IMG/VR virus record: IMGVR_UViG_3300037453_000161
Length of the DNA stretch: 64,000 nt
Source of the DNA: an uncultured virus (IMG/VR IMGVR_UViG_3300037453_000161)
Lineage: Duplodnaviria; Heunggongvirae; Uroviricota; Caudoviricetes
Strand: one strand, 5' to 3'
The notes below the pieces were generated by a model. The model was not told where the DNA came from. It was given only the letters and a program-made list of their open reading frames with translations, and made no database searches. A program made the position numbers and the translations under genes. This document shows, in pieces, positions 29,400-39,729 of the stretch; the stretch's first letter is position 1; each line of letters opens with the position of its first letter.

Positions 29400-30828
29400 T
29401 CTTCATTTCCTTCCTATACTTCTTCCAGTTAATCAAATCAAAGTTTGGGTAGAAGAAGTCCCTCTCTTCGGTAACGTATGTTTCACGCCCACAGTATTTA
29501 CATACTCCTTTGCTAAACGTTGAGACATCATACGCTTCCTTTTTAGGTGGATGTCCGTAGCGAGCCATACAAGTAGCATAGTTCGCTAACCGTCCACACT
29601 CGCTACAAACATTGTGCATTACTTACCCCCTTTGACAAATACCGTCAGGTCTCTCAACCAAATATCACTAATCCATAACTTACGATTGACCCTGTCCATC
29701 TTGCGTTCATACCTCTTCCACCTGCGAAGCAACCTAGGGTTATGCTCAACGTAGGTGTATGGAATAGCGTAATTGCCTTTTGAGGTGTATGAATCCTTGA
29801 ACCCTTTTTTAGACGTAATCATATAACGAGGTGAACAAGTCCAACCATCTTTGTTCTCATCAACAATCTTATAGTCCTGGAGAACTTCTTTACATACATC
29901 TTCAACAATCCTTAAATAACGCTTCCTCATCTTCTCATAAACACGAGGTAATCTGAACGAATCTGTCCACCACCTACCTACGAACTCAAAGAACGCTCCA
30001 CCTAGGTCATCAAGTTCCCAGATTTTATCGTGGAAGATTTGGTCAGCCTTCCAAGCACGATATGGATGACGATGAATAAACGTTACCATTTTCAGAATAC
30101 CTGACCACATAATAGAGTCCTCTGGCGAATCTCCACTTACGTCTTCACGAACAAATGTAGAAGCGGTAGGTTTGAACTTGTCAATGTCTCTCTCATACTG
30201 TGCAAAGAAGTCATACTGAAAATCACCGTCAATGTTCCACCAGATTCCAAACTTCCAACCTTTGCACTCTTTGATGTGGAAGTGGACAACCATATCTTCA
30301 CCGTGTTCAAAGATGAAATAGCCGTTGCCCATCTGGACATCCTTTGGGTGAAAGCCGTTGTCTTCAAGGGCTTTCAGGATTCTATTTGTCCATTTTCTCT
30401 GGTTCGTCGTCTTTTTCATTGTCGTCCTTTCCAAACATCTCTTTGTAGACCTTTGCGATTGCTCCCTTATCTGCATATTGAACAAACTCGTGACGAGCAA
30501 GGTCTGCCTTCTGTTCAGCAATCTTGAAATCATTTAACCAATAAATAGATAATAAGAAATCTACTGCGTAGGCGATTCCCCAACCTTCTTTCTGTGTTAC
30601 GAGAATAGTGATAATGTTAATCACACCAAGTAGCAAGAACAGCCCACAGAAAACTAAACTATAAGTTCCTTCCTGCTTTGCTCTCTTGTAACGGTCATAA
30701 TATGGGCGAGACATCGGGTCTTCCTCCGATACCTTTCTCATAATAGGGCTACCATAACGACGCTCGATGCGTGCTTCACGCATAAGTTTGCGGTTAGCCT
30801 TTTTCATATCTTTATCACTTACTTCCAT
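29386..30828 (-). CDS. Three hypothetical genes (30382..30828 membrane; 29619..30419; 29386..29619 Zn-finger)
   Basis: Contiguous ORFs; two TM helices; CxxC pairs. Confidence 0.65.
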
Positions 30829-31096
30829 CCTTTTTCTCCTTACATTTGCCACAATACCTATTTCCGTCATCGTCCATCAAAACAAAGGTCATACAATTAC
30901 AATGTGGACAGACGCTCAACTGCATTGTGTTAGTTAGTGTCATCTTTGCCCCCTGTGAATAATAAAGAAAACAGGGCGATAAATGCTACTACGATGGAAG
31001 CACCCAACATTACTGGGTCAAGGTTAATCATACCTTGATACACCAGAATTGCTGCAATCACTCCTAGAATAGCACTTACCGCCCACATATTTCTCC

Positions 31097-31909
31097 TTAA
31101 ATAAACGGAACGTCGCTCAAGTCGATTTCGTCACCCTTTTCGCCAGTCTCTTGGTTTTCTTCACCAGCATACTGGGTAGGAGTTTGGTCAACACTAAAGT
31201 CCTCTTCAGCGTCTTGAGCACCCTTACCGTAAAGACTCTTAATATAATTTACGACTTCAGTCGCTTTCTTGGTCATAAGTTCTAACTCTTCGCTAGAATA
31301 ATCGCCAGCAACTTCATATTTTGGTTCGTAGTAGTAAACTGCACCAGTCTTCTTGAGTTCTTCGTTAAGAAGAATACGACCTTTCTTCTGGTCGAAACCA
31401 CGGTTAGCCTTGCTAAACTGAACAAACGCCCCAAATGAAGAGCCTTTCATCTGGAAGACCTCAATCTCTTTAGATTCAGGGTTCAAGAAGTAATAGTTAC
31501 TGGTGAACTTCATATCAGTTGGAAGACGATATTTACCAGTCTTGTCTGGAGAGCCAACAGCCTTACAAATCTGTTGGTATGTGCCACGAGCAATGACTTC
31601 AGAACTGCGGTTGCCATCACGGTCAAAGACAGTTTTATGGAGAGTCATTACTGAACCTGGAGTTTCAGCACCAGCAGGAGCGGCTTCGTTAGTCCAATAG
31701 TAGTAACCATCACCGCCACCAGTAATACTCCAAGTATTGTCTAGCCACCAAATCTCAAATGGAAGTTTGGCTTCAACGTTCTCGCCTTTCTCTTTATCAT
31801 AATAAGAAAAACGATACTTTCCTTCGGCTAGGTGTTCGCCACCTGACCAAGTGTATCGTCGTGTTGCAGGGCTTGGATTACCAGCCCCAGATGGGTTCAA
31901 AAATCCCAT
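31097..31909 (-). CDS. Probable single-stranded DNA-binding protein
   Basis: Acidic tail ending DEIDLSDVPFI; replication module. Confidence 0.65.
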   Translation of the reverse strand: MGFLNPSGAGNPSPATRRYTWSGGEHLAEGKYRFSYYDKEKGENVEAKLPFEIWWLDNTWSITGGGDGYYYWTNEAAPAGAETPGSVMTLHKTVFDRDGNRSSEVIARGTYQQICKAVGSPDKTGKYRLPTDMKFTSNYYFLNPESKEIEVFQMKGSSFGAFVQFSKANRGFDQKKGRILLNEELKKTGAVYYYEPKYEVAGDYSSEELELMTKKATEVVNYIKSLYGKGAQDAEEDFSVDQTPTQYAGEENQETGEKGDEIDLSDVPFI

Positions 31910-31969
31910 AGTATTTTCCTTTCCTCTAATAAATCGGTTTCGTCTATTAGATTTTTTAATTTAATTATT

Positions 31970-32043
31970 TGGTTGCGGGAGAAGGAGTCGCACCTTCGCA
32001 TCAGGTTTATGAAGCCTGCTACCGAACTCTCGGTGTTCCCGCA
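31970..32043 (-). tRNA. tRNA-Met(CAT), atypical
   Basis: Acceptor TGCGGGA/TCCCGCA-A-CCA; anticodon loop TT-CAT-AA; T-arm GAAGG-TGCGACT-CCTTC. Confidence 0.75.
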
Positions 32044-32180
32044 TTGGTGGGGGTAAGGAATGAACGTTACATTCTCACCCCCCAGCACGTCGGTACTGCA
32101 TCTCGTGGCGGACGAACGAGTAATTGGCTCGTCTCCCACATAATCAGTGTATCATACCATAATCTAAATGTCAAGGTTTA

Positions 32181-32210
32181 TTTTATAGTATTTTATAGTA
32201 TTTTATAGTA
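32181..32210. repeat. Tandem TTTTATAGTA x3
   Basis: Seen directly, upstream of the tRNA-Met promoter -35. Confidence 0.9.
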
Positions 32211-32241
32211 TCTTTTTAGCATAATCCTACCGTGTAATACT

Positions 32242-33681
32242 CTACTCGTGAAAATCTAGGTCTTCAATGTTTACTAGGTCTTTGCACTGGATTCCTAACA
32301 TCATCTTCACTGCACCGCTCTCGTCTTTCTGTTCTTCTGTCCACCCGCAAGCAATAGCGTCAGGAAGCACATCATAGATTCCACAATGCTTACCATTGTC
32401 AATCTGCAATACAAAATGCTCCACACCACTCACTTGCAATTTAGGAATGAGGACATCTTCGCCACGAGTATCTGACACAATGACATAGTGTTCTTCAACC
32501 ACAGGACAGAGAGAGTCAGTGATTGCAGTCTCATTTAATGTGCCAATCCCTTTATCGTCCTTAATCCAAGGGTCAACTCCATACATCTCGCAACGTTTGA
32601 AATATGCGTCCAACTTATCTACATATTTACCAAAATCAAATGTGTCTTGGACTTCCTTTGCTTCAGGAACGGCACTCTGTTTTTGCTCTGAAACCGCTTT
32701 AGGAAGCCGTAGAACTCCCTTCACATACTCATCCGACATATCAGCCTTCTCGTCGTGTAAAACGTGCTCATACCGCTTAATATGAAGCCTAGGAGCAATT
32801 TTTCTGACGGCTTCCTCCACATACATATTCATTCCTTGCCCTGCGGCATCCTCATCGCCACACACAATCACTTCTTCAACAACGTCAATATCGTTGAGCA
32901 TAGCAATAATTGTGTTGACCACCTTCTTGGCTGTCGAACCTGGAATACCAATAGCACTTTCACCAAGTGAGTACAACGAACAACAGTCTGACTCGCCTTC
33001 GCACAACCACTGACGCTTATTTGCCCTGAACGTTGACAAGTATGGAACTGAATGAGTGCCAGTAGGTGAGATTACCTTCTCGAACTTCTGCTCTTCTTCA
33101 TTCCAAGCACGGAAACGTTCGTAAACAATCTTCCCGCCTTGTGCTGGGTCATTGTATGGGATGACAATACCTTTACCCCATTGTTTGTAAACTGTTCCAT
33201 CGTGCCAACGCCAATCTAATTTCTTCGCTACCTCTGTCAGTTTCTTCCTCTCCAACCAAGCAACCATCTCTGGTGGGTAATCAGTAGAACATTTAGCGTG
33301 AGCGGTTTGGAACGCCTTGATGTAATTATCGGGGTTTGGTTCGCAGAAGTGTAAAATCTCGGTTGGGCGATAGTCTACAACCTTCTCTGCCGAAGCAGAT
33401 AAAGTCTCCGCACCTAAATCTTTGAGAGCCTCACCATATGAAATATGTTTTACCTCCGAGGCTAAATAGGCTAGGTTGTAATACTTACCGCCACAACCGC
33501 TGAAACACCACGCTCCATCGTGATAAACTGCCATAGATGGATTGGTGTCGTTATGAAATGGACAGGGAATCAAATATGCTCCACTTCCTGCTGGCTTGCA
33601 ATCCCTGTCGCCTGGGTGGAAGCCCAGATATTGCAAGTATTGTCTGACATCTTGCGATGGAATCTCTACATTACCACTCAC
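32242..33681 (-). CDS. DNA primase (CHC2 zinc finger + TOPRIM)
   Basis: CPFHNDTNPSM...CFSGCG; CEGESD; GDEDAAG; likely GTG start at 33681. Confidence 0.9.
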   Translation of the reverse strand: MSGNVEIPSQDVRQYLQYLGFHPGDRDCKPAGSGAYLIPCPFHNDTNPSMAVYHDGAWCFSGCGGKYYNLAYLASEVKHISYGEALKDLGAETLSASAEKVVDYRPTEILHFCEPNPDNYIKAFQTAHAKCSTDYPPEMVAWLERKKLTEVAKKLDWRWHDGTVYKQWGKGIVIPYNDPAQGGKIVYERFRAWNEEEQKFEKVISPTGTHSVPYLSTFRANKRQWLCEGESDCCSLYSLGESAIGIPGSTAKKVVNTIIAMLNDIDVVEEVIVCGDEDAAGQGMNMYVEEAVRKIAPRLHIKRYEHVLHDEKADMSDEYVKGVLRLPKAVSEQKQSAVPEAKEVQDTFDFGKYVDKLDAYFKRCEMYGVDPWIKDDKGIGTLNETAITDSLCPVVEEHYVIVSDTRGEDVLIPKLQVSGVEHFVLQIDNGKHCGIYDVLPDAIACGWTEEQKDESGAVKMMLGIQCKDLVNIEDLDFHE

Positions 33682-34774
33682 AGAACCCCCTATCTGCAAA
33701 CTGGATTTGCGAACCACCTGCCGTGTAAACAATTTCAACAACATTTCCGCCTGATGGAGTTACTCTACCTTGGCGAGTCTTCGGAACGTGGATTGCGATG
33801 AACCTATGATAAGTGAACTTGTCTACCTGCCCGTCCACATATTTCCCATCACCTGCATAGTCTGGAACTTTAGAAAGCGTAATCACTTTCTGCACTGCGT
33901 ATGAACTTGTAGACATACCATAAATCTCGTGGTATGAAGGATTGTATTTTGCGTTCTCTTTTTCCTTTGCGTTGATGCCATTTGCCTCACGCATCATTGA
34001 GGTCACGAACACGGTAACTCCAAGTTCAATCGCAATATCACGAAGCGAGTGCAAGAACTCGTCCATAGCAGCGTCCTTCTGTGATGAGTTTTGAGCAACA
34101 ACGTTGTTCAACATATCAAGCACGACTACATCTGTTCCGTAGAGAATCTGATAAGCACGAACTGCCATCTTGAAGTTCTCTGGATTGTTACGAATCGCAC
34201 CTGCCTTGTCGATTGGGAAGAGTTTGAACTTGCCACCATACTCTTTCTCAAGGTCTTTTCCGAGCAATCCTTTTCCTCTCACCATTGGCTTAAACTTGCC
34301 CATCTCTTCTTCAATATCATCTTCAAGTGCAAACCAAGCGATTGAGTGACCTTCAAGCACCCATCTCAAGCACCAGAACATCATCACAGTAGTCTTTCCT
34401 AGACCACTTCCACCGCCTAGCATAATCAACTGACCAGGACGAAACCCAAACAAATAATCGTTATCTAGGTCAGAACACCCAGTCCCAAGTCCACTGAACA
34501 CATTAAGTTTTGAGTCGTCGTAGTCGTTTACGTTGGCTAACATATCGTATGATTCAGCCACAGCAGACTTGAGGTCTTGGTCTTCCTGCTGTTTCTTCAG
34601 ACCTTCCATTACTTTTTTACGGTCTGCTGGCGAGAACTTGGACAACAGGCTGTCAACGAACTTGTTGTAATCGTTGGTAGCCTTACTTAATTCCTGGCTC
34701 GCTTCTGAAACCTTTGTCACCGCACTTTGTGTCTTACCGACGTTTCTAAATAAATCTTGTTCCTCCATACGCAC
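33671..34774 (-). CDS. DnaB-like replicative helicase
   Basis: GFRPGQLIMLGGGSGLGKTT, FALE, VVVLD, KTRQG. Confidence 0.85.
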   Translation of the reverse strand: MRMEEQDLFRNVGKTQSAVTKVSEASQELSKATNDYNKFVDSLLSKFSPADRKKVMEGLKKQQEDQDLKSAVAESYDMLANVNDYDDSKLNVFSGLGTGCSDLDNDYLFGFRPGQLIMLGGGSGLGKTTVMMFWCLRWVLEGHSIAWFALEDDIEEEMGKFKPMVRGKGLLGKDLEKEYGGKFKLFPIDKAGAIRNNPENFKMAVRAYQILYGTDVVVLDMLNNVVAQNSSQKDAAMDEFLHSLRDIAIELGVTVFVTSMMREANGINAKEKENAKYNPSYHEIYGMSTSSYAVQKVITLSKVPDYAGDGKYVDGQVDKFTYHRFIAIHVPKTRQGRVTPSGGNVVEIVYTAGGSQIQFADRGFCEW

Positions 34775-34776
34775 TC

Positions 34777-35673
34777 CTACATCATCCTTCTAATTCCTGT
34801 ATCGTGAGAGACTGGATGTTTATCTTCAGCCTTATTGCCTTGGTTCAAGATATTCTCAATGTTCTTCTCCGCTAACAGGGTTTGAAGACCCATCTCTGCA
34901 TAGAACTCATCAAATCTCGCTTTCTTTACCACTTCAAACAGAGTTTCCAATCCGAACTTATCAGCCTGAATACGAACCAGACGGACGAGGCTATTAGTAA
35001 CAGCCCCCTTTTTACCGCTGGCATTTAACAAGGCAACCACGGTCTTGCCGTCCACGGCGTTTTTGTTTGCCTTTTTAACAGCCTTCAAATCAACCACACC
35101 AGCACCATTTTGTGGACAGTCCAAAAAAGGTGGGGGAGTCATCGAAGCGTTAGCGAGATGACCCTTACTATTACTATTACTATTACTATTAGAAGCGGAA
35201 TGACCCCTGTTATTTTTGCCCATTTTGTTAGGTAAATTGTTAGGTAATTTGTTAGGTAAATTGTTAGGTAAATTGTTAGGTAAATTGTTAGGTAGGACTT
35301 CCAAATCGCTCAAATTGAGCGTCTTTTTTAATGGTTTTTTAGCCACAATTTCAGCCATTTTTCCTTTCAAAAATTGGACGTTCAATTCAAACGTCCTGGA
35401 CGAACCACGACCAGTAGTCGTGATAAATCCACTCTTCTTCGCTTCCGAGATAGCGACACGAGTTGTGTTGTTTGTCCACCCAAACTTGTTCATAAAGTAT
35501 TGGTCGGAGGGGCGGATGGTGTCAGAGCCGTTGATTTCCATCTCAAATACCCACTTACAAATCTTTGCCACTGTGGAATCTTTAGTGTTCTCGTCAATGG
35601 CTTGGTAGGCAAGTAGCCTTTTTTCTTCTTCCATAAGAGAAAGCCTCCTTTCTTTAGAGGAGGCTCTACCCAT
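34777..35673 (-). CDS. Replication initiator (lambda O-like) with internal repeats
   Basis: N-terminal wHTH-like region; LPNN repeats; directly upstream of helicase and primase. Confidence 0.7.
   Translation of the reverse strand: MGRASSKERRLSLMEEEKRLLAYQAIDENTKDSTVAKICKWVFEMEINGSDTIRPSDQYFMNKFGWTNNTTRVAISEAKKSGFITTTGRGSSRTFELNVQFLKGKMAEIVAKKPLKKTLNLSDLEVLPNNLPNNLPNNLPNKLPNNLPNKMGKNNRGHSASNSNSNSNSKGHLANASMTPPPFLDCPQNGAGVVDLKAVKKANKNAVDGKTVVALLNASGKKGAVTNSLVRLVRIQADKFGLETLFEVVKKARFDEFYAEMGLQTLLAEKNIENILNQGNKAEDKHPVSHDTGIRRMM
35165..35294. repeat. Putative origin: 12-bp iterons TTGTTAGGTAAA x5-6 plus (TTACTA)x4
   Basis: Tandem repeats inside the initiator gene. Confidence 0.75.
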
Positions 35674-35839
35674 TCAACATCACTACCTACATTGTATCAA
35701 AAATGATAGAAATGTCAAGGTATTACCTCCATTATTTGTTAATTCACGCTCACAATGTGATGTGAATGGGCGTGATAGTTCTAATGTTAGCACAAACGGT
35801 TCTAAAAGTCAAGTCGTAATTTTGTGCTACCATTAAATT

Positions 35840-36604
35840 ATGGCTTTTTTCAATGTAATAATACCAACATATAACAGCGAGAAAACACTGCGTAGAGCGG
35901 TGGATTCAGTACAAATGCAAACCTTCAAAGACTACACCTTAACCCTTGTCGATGACTGCTCAACTGATGGGACAAGAAAGATTATGAGCGAAATCAAGGA
36001 AGCAGACATTATTGTCCTCGGCGAGAAAAGGTTTAACGGTGGTTCTAGGAATGTTGGCGTAGCAGAATCCCCAGACGGTGAGTACCTTTTGTTCCTTGAT
36101 GCCGACGATGAGTTCGTCGACCCACAGTTCTTTGAGAAACTCCACAAGTTTATTGAAGAGAAGAACCGTCCAGATATGATTAGGTTGAGGTACGTCCGTG
36201 TTTACGACCACTCTACGAAGAACCACCAAACTGAAATCTACTACGACGAAAAGACGCTTGAAGATGTGACCTGGTCACCGAGAGTTGCACCGTGGACAAA
36301 GTGTATTAAGAAGAGTCTGTTCCAGAAGTTCCCAGAGAATACCTTAATGGAAGATGTCTGTCAACACATCTGTCAACTTGATGTGACTGACACGGTTGAG
36401 TGGTTTCCTGATGTTGTTGTGAAGTGGCACTTGCACGACGCTTCCACCTCGCATAATAACTCCCCGAAGTGGCAGAGTTCTGCGTGGCGGTTCGTGGCTG
36501 ACTTGATGGACTTGGATTTGAAAAGAGATTATACCAAATGGCGAAGAGATAAAAAGGTTAAAGGTGCGATTAGAGGACTAATGAATGGCGAAATCAAACA
36601 ATAA
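35840..36604 (+). CDS. Glycosyltransferase family 2
   Basis: IIPTYN, VDDCSTD, SRNVG, FLDADD, ED. Confidence 0.93.
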   Translation: MAFFNVIIPTYNSEKTLRRAVDSVQMQTFKDYTLTLVDDCSTDGTRKIMSEIKEADIIVLGEKRFNGGSRNVGVAESPDGEYLLFLDADDEFVDPQFFEKLHKFIEEKNRPDMIRLRYVRVYDHSTKNHQTEIYYDEKTLEDVTWSPRVAPWTKCIKKSLFQKFPENTLMEDVCQHICQLDVTDTVEWFPDVVVKWHLHDASTSHNNSPKWQSSAWRFVADLMDLDLKRDYTKWRRDKKVKGAIRGLMNGEIKQ

Positions 36605-37313
36605 AATCAACCTAAAAGACATTGACGTTGTCTACCCAGTAAAGGCTACACCAGATGAGAACGTCGAGTTAAGGTACTCGCTCCGCAGTCTGGAAAATAT
36701 GCCACACCGTAACGTCCACATTTTTAGTGACTACATTCCTTGGTTGTCCAAGAAGGTGAAGTGGCATCCATCTTCAGACCGTCCTGGAAAACCACGTTTT
36801 GCTAATGTAAATACAACGTTATTACGGGCGTGCAAAGACCCAAACATTTCCGACCCATTCGTTTTTATGAACGACGATTTCTTTGTTATGCAGAAGATTA
36901 AGGAGTTGCCTTACTATTGTAACGGCACTCTACAACAGCATTGGGACTACTTGCACAGGACATACGCTGGTAGTAAGTATATGCGTGACCTTCTTGAAAC
37001 CCAGAGCGTATTAAAAGAGATGGGCTACGGCACTATGGACTTTGAGGTTCACTGTCCAATCATCTTTTACAAAGAACAACTTATCAAGATTCTTGAGGCT
37101 TACCCATACACTGCTTGTCGTAGGACTATCTACGCAAATATGATGGAAGTCCCTTATGAACAGGTGGTTGACTTCAAGATTTACGGGTTCGGAGACCAGT
37201 TTGACCATAACCGTCCGTTTGTCTCTACTGCTGATGCTAACTTCAGAAGGCAGAGTGGCGTGCGTAGTATGATTCGTTCCAAGTTCACTCACCAATCACC
37301 ATACGAAAAATAG
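36585..37313 (+). CDS. Stealth-like sugar-phosphate transferase
   Basis: IDVVY, ELRYSLRSL, FVFMNDDFF, H.P motifs. Confidence 0.7.
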   Translation: MAKSNNKINLKDIDVVYPVKATPDENVELRYSLRSLENMPHRNVHIFSDYIPWLSKKVKWHPSSDRPGKPRFANVNTTLLRACKDPNISDPFVFMNDDFFVMQKIKELPYYCNGTLQQHWDYLHRTYAGSKYMRDLLETQSVLKEMGYGTMDFEVHCPIIFYKEQLIKILEAYPYTACRRTIYANMMEVPYEQVVDFKIYGFGDQFDHNRPFVSTADANFRRQSGVRSMIRSKFTHQSPYEK

Positions 37314-37335
37314 GGCTGTGGTTAGCCCTATTTTT
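37307..37335. terminator. Bidirectional terminator
   Basis: AAAAATAGGGCT-GTGGTT-AGCCCTATTTTT. Confidence 0.85.
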
Positions 37336-37443
37336 ACAAGATTTTGTGGAGGTAATTTTCTCCGAATTGTTGGATGTACAAGTTCCTTACGCTTATTGTA
37401 CTACTCTATTTCTAAAAGTCAAGTTTTATGATACAATTAGGTT

Positions 37444-37908
37444 ATGGTAAGATACACTGCTAATGGGACACCATCAGAAGACGATGAGGAGCACGTCCTT
37501 TCTGACTATTGCGATGTCCGTGGGTGGAAGCACACTCATTTTTCAAATGAAACATACACGCCCTCAATGAGACAAAAACAAAAGATGAAATACCTAGGTG
37601 TCAACAGCGGAATCCCTGACCACTTTATCTTAATCCCTACCAAGCGAGGTCTGATTCCTTGTTATGTAGAGATGAAGAGGCAAAAGGGTGGCACTATCTC
37701 TGATGCACAGTTTAATTGGATTGAAGCCTTGCTTTTGGCTCACCAATACGTTGCAGTTTGCGAAGGCGGAGCGGAAGCAGTCGAGTTTGTTGAGGCTGTT
37801 GAGAAAAACGATGAAAAAATCATTCAAAAATATGTAGAAAAGTTTGAGAAAAAACGAGAAAATTGGCTGAAAAAGCAGAAAAAACAAAAAAATACCTGTC
37901 CGTTTTAA
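37444..37908 (+). CDS. VRR-NUC family nuclease (resolvase-like)
   Basis: GVNSGIPD...VEMKR.KGG..S..Q..W. Confidence 0.85.
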   Translation: MVRYTANGTPSEDDEEHVLSDYCDVRGWKHTHFSNETYTPSMRQKQKMKYLGVNSGIPDHFILIPTKRGLIPCYVEMKRQKGGTISDAQFNWIEALLLAHQYVAVCEGGAEAVEFVEAVEKNDEKIIQKYVEKFEKKRENWLKKQKKQKNTCPF

Positions 37909-37923
37909 TGCTACAATAGGGGT

Positions 37924-39495
37924 ATGGAAAAGAATGATATTAAAGACGCTGACTCTATGGCGGCTTCAAAGAAAGAAGCAGAGGAACTATTAGAGAAGAA
38001 CGCCAACCGTAACAGTTGGAAGGAAGGTTCTCCTGCTGACGACTTGATGGAGATGATTATTCTTGATTCTTGTGGGGAAGGTACTTGTTTCAAAGACTTA
38101 AATAAGAATAAGGTTCTTTACTCTGTTGAATACCTCGCAGAGAACCTACCTGCCGTGGCTTTTGTGTCCGAGTTCTACCTTGAACTTATCATCCACGGTG
38201 GTATTTTAGCCAAAGACGAATCCAACCAGAAGAAACTTGATGACTGGTTGCAAAGGAAGAACGTACTAGGTCAGACTAACGGTAACGTAATCCGTGAGGG
38301 TCTCCTTGACTCTATCATTTACGGCTACGCTGGTCTCCGTGACGTGCTTGGTGACCTTGTCTACGTCTCGCCTAACCATTTCCGCATTTGGAAACTCCCT
38401 GCTACTGCCCAGAATGGTCGTCCAATCCCAGGCGTGAAAGCACCAGTCCTTTACGAAGTGTTGACTAAACCATCAGAGAAAGTGGACAAGGAGAATAAGG
38501 AACACATCTTCGCTGTGGACGACAAGAAACCATACTCCCTCGCTGAAGTAGTGAAAGAACAGACGCTCAAGAAGGCTGTTGACGGCTCTTACTTCCTTGA
38601 CGATGGTCTTGACGGTGCAAGCGTATCTTCTGTCTACATCCCACTTGAGAACTTCTGCCACCTCCGCCACTCTGACGATGGTGATTACGGTAAATCTCCA
38701 CTCACTACTGACCGTCTCCGCACCACGCTCATTATTGACTATCTCAAGAACGTAATTGACGAAGTGAACAACGACGGCAACGACTATATGATGTACCTCA
38801 AACAACGTCAGATTGCTGGGGCAAGTCTTTCGTCCTCATTCTCTACTGACGAAGTTGACGTGAGGGTAAACTCATCTGCTGACGCAAAGCAAACCAAGAC
38901 AGCCCGTGAAAAACAGATGGCTGCCGCTCGCCAACTCGCACAGAAGTTGAAGAGAACTGCAAAGACTCGTATCGGTATCATTGACGAATCGTGGGTAGAT
39001 AAGATTGAACGTCTTGACGGTACTGTTAAACTCAAAGAGTACATCAAGATTCTTGACGACGCTAAAGGCGTAGTCGCTGACATCTACGGTATTCCTGCTA
39101 TGCTTGCTGGTTCTAGTGGTGGTGGTTGGAGTACAGGTATGTCTGCTCTTATTCCATTCACTCTCGAGAGAACCATCAAGCCATTCCAACAGCGTTATGC
39201 CGAACAACTTTCTGACATCATCAGAAGGTGTGCTGGCATCAAAGGCGATGTCCACTTCCAAGAAATCAACTGGGAAGATGAGAAGACCCGTGCCGAGATT
39301 GACAAACTTGCCGCTGAAACCCAGAAATTGCTTGCCGAGGCTAACAAAGCAAAGGCTGATGATGCGAAGGTCAAGAAGGAGACTAAACTGCTCACTTCTG
39401 ATGGGGTTAATGGCAAAAACCAACAGAACCCTCAAAGCAACACTCAAAGCAAGCCAGCAAAGAAACAAGTTAAATCAACAAAGAAATCTAAATAA
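37924..39495 (+). CDS. Portal protein
   Basis: 523 aa; IIYGYA, YGKSPL, VADIYGIPAMLAG, TIKPFQQR motifs. Confidence 0.8.
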   Translation: MEKNDIKDADSMAASKKEAEELLEKNANRNSWKEGSPADDLMEMIILDSCGEGTCFKDLNKNKVLYSVEYLAENLPAVAFVSEFYLELIIHGGILAKDESNQKKLDDWLQRKNVLGQTNGNVIREGLLDSIIYGYAGLRDVLGDLVYVSPNHFRIWKLPATAQNGRPIPGVKAPVLYEVLTKPSEKVDKENKEHIFAVDDKKPYSLAEVVKEQTLKKAVDGSYFLDDGLDGASVSSVYIPLENFCHLRHSDDGDYGKSPLTTDRLRTTLIIDYLKNVIDEVNNDGNDYMMYLKQRQIAGASLSSSFSTDEVDVRVNSSADAKQTKTAREKQMAAARQLAQKLKRTAKTRIGIIDESWVDKIERLDGTVKLKEYIKILDDAKGVVADIYGIPAMLAGSSGGGWSTGMSALIPFTLERTIKPFQQRYAEQLSDIIRRCAGIKGDVHFQEINWEDEKTRAEIDKLAAETQKLLAEANKAKADDAKVKKETKLLTSDGVNGKNQQNPQSNTQSKPAKKQVKSTKKSK

Positions 39496-39529
39496 CTTGA
39501 CATTTAGATTGGCTAACGTATAATGAGAA

Positions 39530-39663
39530 TAGGTCTGTGCCACCTGCTAGAAGAGCACCGTAGACAGAGTCACGATAACTCTGACGTTGAGGACAAGTTG
39601 CTCTGTCCTTTGTAACGTGAATAAAACCACCAGTGGCTAGCGAGCAAACGAGGTGGTTTTTTA
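39530..39663 (+). ncRNA. Putative multi-hairpin small RNA
   Basis: TTGACA...TATAAT at 39497-39524; three hairpins; terminator AAAACCACC...GGTGGTTTTTT. Confidence 0.55.
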
Positions 39664-39729
39664 ATGGTAAAAAATAAAAGTCAATTTCCTTATACAATAG
39701 TAGTATGACTACTAATTTAAGGAGGAACT

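Noticed and set aside
31897..32208. ORFs 31897..32139 and 31969..32208
   Set aside because: Overlap tRNA-Met and its leader
33671..33744. Helicase-primase frameshift fusion
   Set aside because: The overlap is explained by a GTG start at 33681 with SD AGGGGG; no slippery site
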